Shown here: piece after piece, positions 1 to 12,910 of the stretch
How positions within the stretch are numbered: the stretch's first letter is position 1
Layout: each line of letters opens with the position of its first letter
Assembly (NCBI GenBank): GCA_032718475.1
Contig: JAUCBJ010002740.1
Location: 1 to 64,000 of the forward strand
DNA length: 64,000 bases
Reading direction: 5' to 3'
Origin: Nemertoderma westbladi
Lineage: Eukaryota; Animalia; Xenacoelomorpha
Program-made: the position numbers and the translations under genes
Notes under the pieces: model-generated
Told to the model about the DNA's origin: nothing
Database searches by the model: none
The model's input: only the letters and a program-made list of their open reading frames with translations

Positions 1-260
1 AAAAATCTCCTTTAAGAGCTCCAATTTCCCCAGGAACATCCGGCATTTATAATATTAATAATTTGAGTCCTCCGATCCAAACTATACCCCCCAACCATGT
101 GCTATGTGCTCCCCTTTGGGTGCAAGCCCCTCAACATCTACAGCCTCTACCTGGCCGTTTTCTTCTCAATGTTCCTTGCAAGGTCCCTCACAATCAAATC
201 CCCATTCCCCTCGGCGCCTTGATTGTCCATCCTGCAACAAATCATGCCTAATTAATAGCA

Positions 261-2381
261 GTGGCCAACTTAGGAAACATAAAACCAGTAAAGGATCCAC
301 CTGCCCTGGAATCAGAACATTGCCTCCCCTTTCCACGCACGCAACCGCTAAACCATGGCGCAATGTCCCAGGACAATGCAATCCCAGAGGTCCCTGACCC
401 TGGAATTGCACCACTCCTAGTGTCAACTGCCACTATTAAATCCTATATCAAGAGCTTTAAACCTGGGTCAGCCGCTGGTCTATCTGGATTGCGCCCCCAG
501 CACCTCCAGGATGCTACTTCCAAACGGTCCGGTGATTCAGGCACCTTGATATTGTCATCTACCACATCCCTAGTCAATAAGTTGCTAGCTGGTGATGTCC
601 CCATCCACATTCGTCCAGTCATTGCTGGTGCTGCTATGCATGCCTTCACCAAGAAGGGTGGGGGGATCAGGCCCATAGCAGTCGGAGAGACCTGGCGCCG
701 TTTAACTGCCAAGTGTGCTTCTGGTTCTGCTTCTATGAAATTTGCCACCATATTTGCCCCACTCCAACTAGGGTTTAGTGTCTCAGGAGGCGGTGAAGCT
801 GCAGTGCATTCCCTCCGGAACTTCATTTCATCTTCCCATCCAGAAGATGTTTTCATTAAACTGGACTTAACCAAATGCCTTCAATACGATGCGTCGTGAT
901 CATGTTGCAGAATGTTTGAGAGAGCATGCTTCAGAACTATTACCTTTCTTTAGCCTTTGTTACGAGGATGCAACCTTCTTATCCTATGGTAACGAGATTT
1001 TGAAATCTGATAAAGGCTTCCAGCAAGGAGACCCTGTCGCTATCTTTGGATTCTGCCTTGGTCTCCACCCCATGCTCAAACTCTTGAAATCCCGCCTCAG
1101 AATTGGCTATGTCGATGACGTTGGTATTGGGGGCAAGTGGGACAAAGTTCTTACTGACTTAATAGCATTTAGAGATGCTTGCAAAGAGATTGGCCTCATT
1201 CCTAATGAAAGCAAGTGTGAGATTACCACTTTCTGCCCTGAAGATGCCCCAGACATAATCAGCGCCTTAAGGCAGGAATGTCCACTCACCAAAGTCACTG
1301 CACCTGCAGATCTCATCCTCCTGGGTTCACCCCTTGGGCCAGATGCCCTCGATGTCACCCTAATTGAGAAACTCGAATGCCTCCAACAGTTTAGAGTAGG
1401 ACTTAATCTACCAGGACACTATGATGCATTCTTCCTTCTTAAGAACTGCCTGGCGATGCCTAAGCTAATGTACTGTATACCCTAAGGACGTCTCCTGCCT
1501 TTACTTCCCCCGACCTGATCGGGCGCGTCGACAACTGCATTAGGGATTCACTTCAAGATGTGACCAACACGTCCATGGCCCCTGACTGCTGGACGCAGGC
1601 TTGCCTCCTTTGTCGGTTCGGGGGCCTCGGTGTACCATCTGTGAGGCTGACAGCCCCAGGTGCTTACCCCGCCTCAGTACACCGCAACCACGAACTAACC
1701 TCTGCTATCACTGGAATCTTGGATGAACCTTTGTTCTTTCGAGCTGCCGTTGAGTGTGGGAATGCTACTCACCTTCCTTTGATTTTCCTGAGACACCAAG
1801 CAACCAAAGATCTTGGCAGGACCCAGTATCCAAATCCCAACTGGCATCACTAATTTCATCTACTGATAATAGCTCTGTGTCCCGCCTTAAGGGCTGCCAA
1901 GCACCTGGTTCTGGTGATTGGTTGAATGCCATCCCCTCTGCTACCCTTGGCCTCCGCCTTGCCGATGAACAGTTCGGTATGGCTGTTGCTCTCCGTCTTG
2001 GCGGCGCACCTGTTTGCTCTTCCCACCCTTCCTTGTGTGTGTGGCGCCGTCGTTGATGCTTCAGCCAGCCAAGCCTTAGTCTGCAAGTTTGCCAAGAGCA
2101 GACATGCACGACACCGCCTGTGCAATGACACCATCTACCGCGCCCTCCAATCCACTGAGGTACCCGCAACCCTTGAACCAGTCGGGCTCAGCAAAGGCCC
2201 TTTGTCATTCCATCGGCAGTTAGGCCACCGCTTGGAGAAGGTCAGTGGCAACAAGAGGTCTACGCAATTCCTGCGTCAACGCCTTGGGATAGCAATCCAA
2301 GCTGGGAATGCCTCCTGCATAAAGGAGTCATTCAACCTCCCCGAGAACCGCTGCTACCGGGAGACCAACATGCCACCTTAA
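261..2381 (+). mobile_element. Degenerate CRE-clade non-LTR retrotransposon (RT + remnant restriction-like endonuclease), frameshifted; 5' part may extend off-window
   Basis: Consecutive ORFs 261-899, 889-1485, 1560-1853, 1754-2056 and 1926-2381 carry SAAGLSGLRPQHL, GGIRPIAVGETWRRL, QLGFSVSGGGEAAVH, GFQQGDP, YVDD, LLGSPLG, SGDWLNAIPS, CVCG..C..RHARH and the C-terminal QFLRQRLGIAIQAGNA, all typical of CRE-like elements. Several frameshifts are present. Confidence 0.9.
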
Positions 2382-3774
2382 TCCTATCCTCTCCCTCCCT
2401 CCATTATTTTAATTTTAAATTCCTTTGGATGTTAGAGAAACGAGAGTTATCCGTCAGCCATTGATATGCACAGTCCTTAGTGGATTACTGACATAAAGCG
2501 CGTCAGAGGTCGCGTCATGCTGCTACCGGTTGCAGGTCGGTACACCAGAATTTTGCGTTACCCCATCACTAGGCCTATCCAATACGCGTCAACCAGGCAA
2601 AAATTTGGGAGTAGGAGTTCGGAGTGGGAGTAGGTACAGTAAACTATTTCCAAAACTTACCAAACTTTAACGCGAGCCGCTAATCGAGCGAAATTTTTTC
2701 TAGCACAGTAGGTGTTTATGCGTTACATATTATAATATCAAGCTGTAATAATATCGCGTGTTGTTTCAATGAGTTATTTTAAGCACAAAATCAAACCCAT
2801 AACGAGAATTACAAAAATAAACTCTCTAAAATTAACAGGATATTCGCTTTTATGTGATCCTGTGAAGAGTGAAGATGACACCGCAGAGAAATCAGCAGCT
2901 AATTGACTTGACCAACCCACCATATTTATCTTCAGAGGAATTAGGTTTGAGCACATATCTTCAAATATTATTTATTACCTAAATTTGAATTTATAAGGCG
3001 GATATAGCCTGATATGCATCATTACTCATGACATGTCATTTTCATTCATTTCCAAATGGAATATCCTTCATTAATATCATTGATAAATAACAATTCCACA
3101 CAGGACAGTTGCAAAAAGGATTATCTTTTTTGATAGCAACTTTATGTGTGTTAATTGCCTGAAGCTGAAGATAATATGTAAAATATTTTACCAAACATAC
3201 GACGATGTACAGAACTTATCAGGGTTGCTTGAACTATAATAACTCCGCTACATTGGGTAATCTTAATACCAATTAATTGACTTGTTTAAATATAGGAGAA
3301 AATTTGCTGTTTTTTTTTAGAGCACGGGAGCTTTTTCTGCTTTTGGTTCTTTTTATATTAGTTATGATTTATTCCTAATATTTTTTATTCCTTTTTTAAA
3401 TTATACAATTCCCAGGCTCTAAAAACGCATTACACACAAAAAACTTATGTGGTTAAATATTTACTCCTCAAAGGCTGTGCAAAAAATCATCCTTATATTC
3501 ATTAAAATGTCAATAAAAAATACAGGTCAGTTCAGAAAGGAGCATCTTTTATTGATAGTAACTTTATGTACCGGTATGTTATCAGCGTGCAAATACGTGA
3601 AAACAATTCCACATACACGACAATTTATATACCTTTGCAGTTTATGGAAGTTAGGTTGAAAAACGCGGAGCCTATAAAACGTTATAATGTTTTTTTTCGT
3701 TTTTCTCAAAACGCATTTTTCGTACTTACTCCCTATTGTATATCACCGCTTCAAGTGATTGCTATACTGTGGCG

Positions 3775-4372
3775 TGATCTACTATAGAAGGTCATATCGT
3801 GACCATAGAGCCAGAACAACACATACCACAATTAAAAAAAAAAATTTTTCACCAAAATTACTCAAGATGGCGTTCTACATCTTATGTTAAAATCCTAGAC
3901 TTGTATGTCAGTTCGTTTAGGAGATATGGAAAACCAGAACAACCCACACAACATAGAAGTTGAATACTGTTAGAGGTAAAACAACACATACCACACTTTC
4001 CCTATCATACTTTGCCAGGAAAAACACCATTCAATAGTCGAGGAATGACGTGAGTTCTTATGTTTCTGTGATAAAATCCTAGAGGTAAAACAACACACAC
4101 AGACTAGAGTTAATGTTAAATTTCAGTTGTTCCAGTTGTTTTGCCTCTTTGGAAAATAACGAAAAACAGTTTTTTTCAGTAACAAAATTTATTCTGAATG
4201 CTAGCCACTATTATAAAATGTGTCATTGTATCTTCCCAGACCTCTGTCGAAAAAATAGGAGACGGGATCCATATAGAGGGAAATGAGAAGGTTTTTTGAA
4301 TTTTTCTCGAAACCACATTTTTTGGTGAGTGTTGTTCTGGCTCTTTGGACACGATATATCTATAGTAGATCA
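3775..4372. mobile_element. Non-autonomous TIR element (MITE)
   Basis: Imperfect inverted termini: tgatctactataga...atatcgtgaccatagagccagaacaacac (3775-3822) versus gtgttgttctggctctttggacacgatat..tctatagtagatca (4329-4372). Confidence 0.6.
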
Positions 4373-4827
4373 TGACTGTGCAATCGTATAACTTTTTTTT
4401 AATAATTGTTAATTATTTGATTGATAATATTTCCATTTGCAATTAAATTGATTGATATTTCCAATTGCAATTAAATTGATTGCTGGCATGCAATTAAATA
4501 TAATCAATTTTTAATAGGCCTTGAACGGGATTGGCACTTTTTACTTTTTATGGTGCCCGGATATATTTTTTGTACAAGCTACGTAGTGTACCGATTATAG
4601 ATAGGTGTGTAATACACTGTTTAATTTAAAAAGCCTATTTCATTCAAATTGAAATAAAACACTAGCTTCCATAATATTTCAATATTATATGGATAAAGAC
4701 GGCCAAGTACAGTAGGATTGAGCACAGTAGCTGCAGATGGTTTGTTAGATAGGAGGCCATAAGGACGTACATTGCGGACATACAAGCTATCAGGTAGTAT
4801 TTCCAGGTCTATATTTTACCTGAGCTG

Positions 4828-4890
4828 CTCCTGCTAGCGGAATGGTTAGAGTGCCAGAGGTCGCCAGTTCGATCCCACCTGGACGTCATT
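4828..4890 (+). mobile_element. Degenerate tRNA-derived SINE head (Pol III A/B boxes)
   Basis: A-box-like tagcggaatgg (~4835) and B-box-like gttcgatccc (~4867); no full cloverleaf. Confidence 0.4.
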
Positions 4891-5072
4891 GCCGAATTTG
4901 CTAAGCTGTGCCCAACGAGAGTTATAATATATGAAACCACTCATTCATCCAAATTACCAATAATAAATTATAAAATGAAAAATCAGTTCAGCTAATGTCA
5001 TACAATGTCGGAGACTTAAATGATGAATGAAGGACTGAACTTAAAACACTGTCCTAAGTCTGGGACTAGTCC

Positions 5073-6480
5073 TAGTTATGAACAACGCGGACAGTACCGC
5101 TCCTAGGTAGTTATGAACAACGCGGACAGTACCGCTCCTAGGTAGTTATGAACAACGCGGACAGTACCGCTCCTAGGTAGTTATGAACAACGCGGACAGT
5201 ACCGCTCCTAGGTAGTTATGAACAACGCGGACAGTACCGCTCCTAGGTAGTTATGAACAACGCGGACAGTACCGCTCCTAGGTAGTTATGAACAACGCGG
5301 ACAGTACCGCTCCTAGGTAGTTATGAACAACGCGGACAGTACCGCTCCTAGGTAGTTATGAACAACGCGGACAGTACCGCTCCTAGGTAGTTATGAACAA
5401 CGCGGACAGTACCGCTCCTAGGTAGTTATGAACAACGCGGACAGTACCGCTCCTAGGTAGTTATGAACAACGCGGACAGTACCGCTCCTAGGTAGTTATG
5501 AACAACGCGGACAGTACCGCTCCTAGGTAGTTATGAACAACGCGGACAGTACCGCTCCTAGGTAGTTATGAACAACGCGGACAGTACCGCTCCTAGGTAG
5601 TTATGAACAACGCGGACAGTACCGCTCCTAGGTAGTTATGAACAACGCGGACAGTACCGCTCCTAGGTAGTTATGAACAACGCGGACAGTACCGCTCCTA
5701 GGTAGTTATGAACAACGCGGACAGTACCGCTCCTAGGTAGTTATGAACAACGCGGACAGTACCGCTCCTAGGTAGTTATGAACAACGCGGACAGTACCGC
5801 TCCTAGGTAGTTATGAACAACGCGGACAGTACCGCTCCTAGGTAGTTATGAACAACGCGGACAGTACCGCTCCTAGGTAGTTATGAACAACGCGGACAGT
5901 ACCGCTCCTAGGTAGTTATGAACAACGCGGACAGTACCGCTCCTAGGTAGTTATGAACAACGCGGACAGTACCGCTCCTAGGTAGTTATGAACAACGCGG
6001 ACAGTACCGCTCCTAGGTAGTTATGAACAACGCGGACAGTACCGCTCCTAGGTAGTTATGAACAACGCGGACAGTACCGCTCCTAGGTAGTTATGAACAA
6101 CGCGGACAGTACCGCTCCTAGGTAGTTATGAACAACGCGGACAGTACCGCTCCTAGGTAGTTATGAACAACGCGGACAGTACCGCTCCTAGGTAGTTATG
6201 AACAACGCGGACAGTACCGCTCCTAGGTAGTTATGAACAACGCGGACAGTACCGCTCCTAGGTAGTTATGAACAACGCGGACAGTACCGCTCCTAGGTAG
6301 TTATGAACAACGCGGACAGTACCGCTCCTAGGTAGTTATGAACAACGCGGACAGTACCGCTCCTAGGTAGTTATGAACAACGCGGACAGTACCGCTCCTA
6401 GGTAGTTATGAACAACGCGGACAGTACCGCTCCTAGGTAGTTATGAACAACGCGGACAGTACCGCTCCTAGGTAGTTATG
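5073..6480. repeat. 35-bp minisatellite, ~40 essentially identical copies (ttatgaacaacgcggacagtaccgctcctaggtag)
   Basis: Direct reading shows a 35-bp period, no variable spacers, and an internal hairpin gcgg-acagta-ccgc. Confidence 0.97.
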
Positions 6481-6557
6481 CACATACACGAATGTCCGAG
6501 ACGCCGGGGGGGGATGGGGCTGGGGTGCCTGTGGGCGCTACCCGAATGTCCGAGGCG

Positions 6558-6589
<32 letters not shown>

Positions 6590-7372
6590 CTGGGGTGCCT
6601 GTGGGCGCTACCCGAAACTATATTCCCACCCGCCATAAGATTATTGTCATTAATCGGCCTCACATACTCAACATCGACTTATCTGCTGGGGAGAGAATTT
6701 TAGTGAAATAAAAAGATCGTCTGATAAATAAATTGTTGCATCTGGATAACAATATTATTTAATGTAATAAGTTATAATAAATCAAGTTTTATTTAAAATA
6801 GGCCAATATTAATTCAGCAGCAAAAACTAAAAGGCATAAAAAATAGTCGGGCAGACAACATCTTCCGATTGAGTATTGGTACTAATGTTTTGAGTGATTA
6901 TAGTTAGGTATTATAATCGTAATAAATAATACGATACCCTGCAGTAGGATACCCTGCACAGAGCTGGCATCATTAGGGTGTTCCGTAAATATTCTTCAGG
7001 AAGATTAATGCTGCTAGTTGGGCATCAGTTGGCAATATTATCTATCTAATCACTCAAAACATTTTTTACTATAGGTACTCCCCAACACCATACGGGACAG
7101 CACAATTGTGGAGAAATAAGGCCATGCGCACTCTAATATAGGTCCACTAAACTAACTACTTATTACAAAATAGCCAGTTAGATAATTATTCTAAAAGTTA
7201 AAAAAATAAATTGGACGTGCCAATATTATAGATAGGTGTATAGATAGGAGCTATTAAACCAATTAAAGGAATTAATACCATAGTGCAAAAATTATCCTGT
7301 AAGATAGACGACCAAACATTCCGTATATATGTACAGCCAGCAAGTATGGACCATATTATATACTTATACGAT

Positions 7373-8215
7373 TCAGTTTCGTACGCCAGGGGGCGCGGTT
7401 AAATAAATCTGATTGGTGGCGTCGTAAATAAGATTTACGTGGAATCTCGACTTGTCGTCCTTGGTAACGGTATTAGGAGGGCATGGCAGACCATCCCGGT
7501 TGAATCCAATATGTTGTCCCTTGTAATGGAACGATTCGAAAGTCGCGTAACTCGACGCAGTAACCCCGATACGAAACTTACACCATCCATCGCCGCGCCC
7601 GTTTCCTTGCATATTGTTGTTATAAATACAAAGATGATTGGCAGGGTAGGCCATGCTTCTCAACATGATGACGTCATTGGATACCAGACCGACCATGAAA
7701 TGGCTAGCGGGGTCATTGTGTTTCTGTTCGCATAAAGTATCGACAGCCCCGTTTGGGAATATCCGAAGACATTTGTTGGTTAGCTTGTGCACCAACTGGA
7801 CGATATTCCCGTTGCGGAAGTTACCTTGGACGGGGGTTCGACCTTGTTGGTCTAAACTGTGGGTCACGTCGTCCAAAACGCTCCCGGCTGCCGATCCCAC
7901 TGCGGTAACAAACTTACCCAGGGAGGTGTTGCCTAGCGATTTACCCGAACTTTTTTGTGGCGGTGGGGGGTGGACGCCGGGTTGACGTTGGGGTGGGTAA
8001 CCACCTCCTTGCTGTGGGTAACCACCTCCTTGCTGTGGGTAACCTCCTCCTTGCTGTGGGTAACCACCTCCTTGTCCTTGCTGTGGTTGTTGGGGAGCGT
8101 AACCAGGGTTGGCGGAATAGGCAGGTGGTTGACCTTGGTTTGGGTAGTTCTGAGGAGGCATGTTTGCCTGATAGCCATACATTGCTTCCGGCGGAGGAGC
8201 GCTCGGGGTAGTCAT
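7373..8215 (-). CDS. 280-aa protein: Pro/Gln/Gly/Tyr-rich low-complexity N-terminus (GGGYPQQ x4) + C-terminal FGF/fascin-like beta-trefoil domain; no signal peptide
   Basis: Uninterrupted GC-richer ORF. Motifs CLRIFPNGAVD, VIMLRS, CKFRI and ATFESFHYKGQHIGFNRDG parallel the FGF-type trefoil strands (LRIHPDGRVDG; YRSxxYxxWYVALKRTG). Confidence 0.85.
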   Translation of the reverse strand: MTTPSAPPPEAMYGYQANMPPQNYPNQGQPPAYSANPGYAPQQPQQGQGGGYPQQGGGYPQQGGGYPQQGGGYPPQRQPGVHPPPPQKSSGKSLGNTSLGKFVTAVGSAAGSVLDDVTHSLDQQGRTPVQGNFRNGNIVQLVHKLTNKCLRIFPNGAVDTLCEQKHNDPASHFMVGLVSNDVIMLRSMAYPANHLCIYNNNMQGNGRGDGWCKFRIGVTASSYATFESFHYKGQHIGFNRDGLPCPPNTVTKDDKSRFHVNLIYDATNQIYLTAPPGVRN

Positions 8216-11200
8216 TATGAAAATAATTATGTAGGGTAATACCGGCAGACCGGTACTAATAGCAATAGCAATAGGTACCGAACCGGAATTATATTACCGG
8301 TAATTTGCGAATTATTAATTTAAATTTAGCCTAATAGGCCTAAATAATTACAGAATTAAATTACCTAAGATTAGACCTCCAGACGGTGGACGATACCAGT
8401 TCAGCAGTAGCAGACTCAACACAGCTGACGGAAACCAAGGCCTTCGATCAGTCGTGGACGTAGTACGTACAGGAATGACTTACATCTAACAGTCTAACCT
8501 ATCACCTACAGGAGTACCTGTAAAATGTAGCCTACTACTGTACTAACCATAACCATGGAAACTAACGTAGGCCCACATCATTCTGCCATTACCGGTCTGC
8601 CGGAAGCAGTGTACACCAAGCAGCCAAGGCCTTGGTCTACAGAACATGTTACAGTTTTATTGTTGCATGTTGGGAGTAATCAGCGTTATTCTAACCAAAA
8701 TAACAAACGAAACTCAATAGACAGATAGAACATGTTACAGTTTTATTTTGGGTGTAGGCCTACTCAGCGGGGATATCACACTAGAGTCGCCACTTTTTCA
8801 TGGATCTAGTTGGCCTCGCAGGTTACTAGAGTGCAGAGTGACGGCCCAAACCCGAATTAAAGCAGTCAGGCAGTACCGTAATTTAGCCCCAAAACTTCTT
8901 GCTGTCTTGAGGCTCTAGGCCTGATAGAATTAGATCTATACAGCTATATAACAGTATAATCTACCCTAGATCTAATAAATTTTGTGTAATTTCTGACATT
9001 ACAAGGCCTATTGTCAGTATTGTCCCTTCGCCTTCGCTTCGGGCCAATCAGCCAATAGCAAAAAGTCCGAAATTCCACAAAATTTCTTAGATTACAGGAT
9101 TAGAGCCTCATGACTTTAGGCCTAGGGAGGGACGCTAAAACACAAAACACGAGGTAGAATAAAACGTCTGTCCTATCTGATCTGATCTGACCACATCTGA
9201 TCCTATAACCAATCAGAAGAAAGAGATATAATTGTAAAAGGTACTGTCAGTTGCGTAAATATCCAATAGGGGAACGGGTTGCTGGGATACATAGCATTAT
9301 CATCATGTGACATAATTAATGTACAGTACAGGCATACCGGTATGCAGTCAATGCAACAAGGTATGGTAGGTGTAGGAACTACAGTAGGAACATACTGTAG
9401 ACGGTAAAGTTAAGTAAAGCAAATTTCCAACGGCCGTTAAGCCAGGGATTACGCACAAAGTCTGACGACTTACTGACTTATTTCCAGTGTGGTCCCCCCA
9501 GAACTATACTCCCCAGATGCCAGAGGAAACTCAGGCCCATGTGAATATTCCCCAGAGTGCCCAGGAAAGCTAATGAGTCAACGCATTTGTTTAAAGGGAT
9601 GGGTCACGAGGTGGGTGGTCGGCAGGTCGGTGGGATAATGGGAATATCAGAATATGGCAAACAATAAACGCTGTTTGTTACCTACAAATTTGGGGAAAGG
9701 AGCAGGTTACAAAGGCGGGCTTTTCTAACCAAAACAATAAACGTTGTTTTGAATGGGAGAAACTTTTAGGCTCGTTAAGCCAATGAATGCCTCCCCCCCC
9801 CCCCCCCCTTAAACTAATGTCTTCTAATTGATCTTGTTAGAGATTTTCGTTTGGAAACATTGCTGTAAGATAGTGAAGTCATATTATACATATTTGAATT
9901 GGGCAATGAAACCCTCTGGTAAATTTACGAAGGCAAAATGCGATATTTGTGACATTTCTTTACTACAAAGCACTCAAAGTTCACCCTTCTCCGGGAAAAA
10001 TCGACGCAAATCTAAAATACTGTAAGTGTAACCTGTTCCATTGACTTTAGTTTATTGTTTCGGTTATAATAATGTGCCACTACAACCTGCTCTCATCCCT
10101 TACTTGATAATCTCTATAAAATTATAAACGTCTGTTTGTTTGTCAGCTAAAGGCTTTCAAGCGGGAACAGTTAATAATAATCTGTGACTGCATTTGTTCA
10201 TTGTGTAATCCTGGGAGTAATCTGGTTGAAAACCTCAACGTTTAACTAACGTAGAAATCTGATTGGCTGATATCTCTAATGCCAAAGCCAATAAACCTCT
10301 CCCTCCATGTAGCCATTTGAGAAAGCATAATTAATGTCATGACCAGTTCGCAACAGATACCCCACCCCAACCATTGGATTTACTTGGTACCTCAGCTAGC
10401 TGGAGGTCAAATTATAATTTACGTTAACGTCTACGATTTGGAGAAAAATCCTTCCCCATTCACTAACATGGGGCGAGTTTGTGTCTGCTTGGGCGAATAT
10501 TACATATTATACACTATTTAATTTTTATTCAATAAATAACCATACATCTTTATATTAATCACTCGAATAAATTAAAAACTTTGTGGGAATGGGACACGGT
10601 GAATCGACCGACCTATGTTATTTTTATACAACGTGAACTTAATTTTACCCCCTTAAACAATTAATAACCGAAATAAGAACCCAAATAATCGATACATTTC
10701 TGTGTATATTTGACCACCAAGTACTGTTTACTGTTTATCCTGATATAAAGTCGGTCTGGAAGCCAATAAAGCTCTATGTTTGTAGTTCTATAGCTCTAGA
10801 TCAGCAATCACAAATCCCCTTACTTTAAGTAAACACTCTGTTAACTTGCTGCTTTCCCCCAACTGAGCAGTTGGTTTGAAAATTTGATATCACGAGAGGT
10901 GAAACAATAAATTACCCACTAAATTGTCGTTATTACCCAGTCGCCAGTGTTATTGATAAATGTGCCAGTTATAATTTAAAATGTTCAATTTTAATGTAAA
11001 AAGAAAAATTATGTCAGCAAAAACAAAAAAATATACTTGATATAATAAATTAGCCATAAATTTCGAGATAATTAAATAACATTATTATTATTATTATATT
11101 ATATATATTATATATATATATTATATTATTATTATCAAATCGCAACATCTGATATAATTTGTTTTCTGGATAATAGTATTATAGTAATATACATCCGGTA

Positions 11201-11615
11201 TAAATATAAAACAATTATTTACGGGTTACGGATATACACAAAACTCTGATATTGATACAAAATATTACTAATATTATTATTACATTATTATATTAGCACA
11301 AAAATAATCAGGAATTTAAGCACATTGAAAAAATTAATGATATATTTTCAACGTGAGAGTTCAAAACAAAACAAAAAAAATTATAATAATTTTAGATAAA
11401 CATAAACATACCGGTAACATAGTATCGTACTATATATATTTAACTATTTAAATAAGTACATATTTATTTAAATAAGTACATATTAACTCTTAATTACTGC
11501 AATTATTAATGTTAAACTCATGCAAAATTTTATTCGAAATTCCCCCCACATTGGCTGTTTGGCACAATAAAAACTACTGATATAAACACAATCAAAAGGC
11601 CTAGGCTGGTGGCCG

Positions 11616-12380
11616 TTACAGTTTATTAAACGCAGCGCTTTTAGACTTCCAGTCCAATGATTCTTGATTTCCTTTATTCTTGTTTTTCCTGCGGCCAGCA
11701 GCTAATTCTCTAGCTGCTTTCATATCGCTCACTGGATCGTTTGGGGCATAGGGGGGCGGAGGGCCGGGGCCCACAGGAGGGGCACCTCCCTGGTTCGTCG
11801 TGTTCTCCTTGTCTACTTCATCAACATCAACCTCTGTATCCTTGTCAACATCACCTTGGTCCACTTTAGTCTCATCCGTATCTACCTTGACTTCTTCTGT
11901 AATATTATCTGCTTCTGACGTCGCTACATTACGGAGGTCTTCCACTACTTTCTCTTCGTCTAGCGATACGGAATCTGTTTTATCGTCGGAATTGAGTTGG
12001 TCTCCTTTCGCCAAGGTGATGGCAAAGGAATCCACCTCTGCTTGAGTGGCGCCTTCAACCATCTTCTCATTCGGTGTGATATTTTTTGATTTGAAGTATT
12101 GGTTCGATTGTGGATCGATTACCAACAAGGACACATTCCTGTCCAGTTGTTTAATGAGGGCGACCACCTGCGTGTGGCTATCGTTCTCTACACCAACCCC
12201 ATTCACCGCGAGCACCAGATCATTCACAATCAATCCACCTTGCTCCGCAGATGAACCCTTTTCGACGCTCTTTATAAATTGACCTATGACGCCTTTCTCC
12301 CCATGTAAATTAAAACCGTAGCCATTGGGAAATTTTTTTAAAACGCAGAGCCGCGGCTTGTAAACTTGTCCGGAATCCAT
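11616..12380 (-). CDS. NHERF1: NHERF/EBP50-family PDZ scaffold (single PDZ + acidic linker + C-terminal ERM-binding motif)
   Basis: PRLCVL...GYGFNLHGEKG...QFI..VEKGSSAEQGGL...D...VNG..VE..SH.QVV..I is an NHERF-type PDZ. The C-terminus LDWKSKSAAFNKL matches the EBP50 tail MDWSKKNELFSNL. The symbol is family-level, not a proven ortholog. Confidence 0.9.
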   Translation of the reverse strand: MDSGQVYKPRLCVLKKFPNGYGFNLHGEKGVIGQFIKSVEKGSSAEQGGLIVNDLVLAVNGVGVENDSHTQVVALIKQLDRNVSLLVIDPQSNQYFKSKNITPNEKMVEGATQAEVDSFAITLAKGDQLNSDDKTDSVSLDEEKVVEDLRNVATSEADNITEEVKVDTDETKVDQGDVDKDTEVDVDEVDKENTTNQGGAPPVGPGPPPPYAPNDPVSDMKAARELAAGRRKNKNKGNQESLDWKSKSAAFNKL

Positions 12381-12639
12381 CCCTATTGACTAATCTATAG
12401 AAATCCCAACAAAATAAACCGAAAACGATCAATGATAGCCAGAATCTCAGCTCTATCACATATGCGGACCCGTGATTAATTTACCATCTGTGATCTGCAA
12501 TCAGCACAACAACAAACCAGCGTTATTTTATAAATATGTTACCGGTAGGCCTATACTGCTATACCATAGTGAAACTTATAAATAAAAATCGTAAATACAA
12601 TATTTTTGTAATTTCGACTAAATTTTTCGATTTGTTAGT

Positions 12640-12910
12640 TTCTTGGTTTGTGTAGTGTTGAGATCGATCTGTCTGGCAATCTGTCTGTCAAAATGTAAGA
12701 CAGACAGACAACCGACTGACGGACAGACTAGATTCCACCAAATATTAAAACTGACATCGGAAATGAAATCAGCGACCCCGAAAACCCCCGTAAATATAAT
12801 TTTAGCTCAGTGGTGTGCTTCCTTCCTGTGCCTGTCAGACACTATTAACCAAGCAGACCTCATAAAGGCAATTTTCAGATTTTGCGTGGGAAGGTTTGAA
12901 CTTTGAAGTC
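12640..12910 (+). mobile_element. Dispersed repeat (non-autonomous, Helentron/HINE-like); inverted related copy at ~60200-60550
   Basis: aaaactgacatcggaaatgaaatcagcgacc and ttttgcgtgggaaggttt match the reverse complements ggtcgctgatttcatttctgaggtcagtttt (~60327) and aaccttcccacgcaaaa (~60211); (gaca)n microsatellite. Confidence 0.5.

Noticed and set aside
63-2169. Alternative-frame and antisense ORFs over the retroelement
   Set aside because: They are shadows of the GC-richer RT coding sequence and carry no motifs.
5073-6480. CRISPR-like array (35-bp repeat with a hairpin)
   Set aside because: Units are head-to-tail with no unique spacers, there are no cas genes, and the context is eukaryotic.
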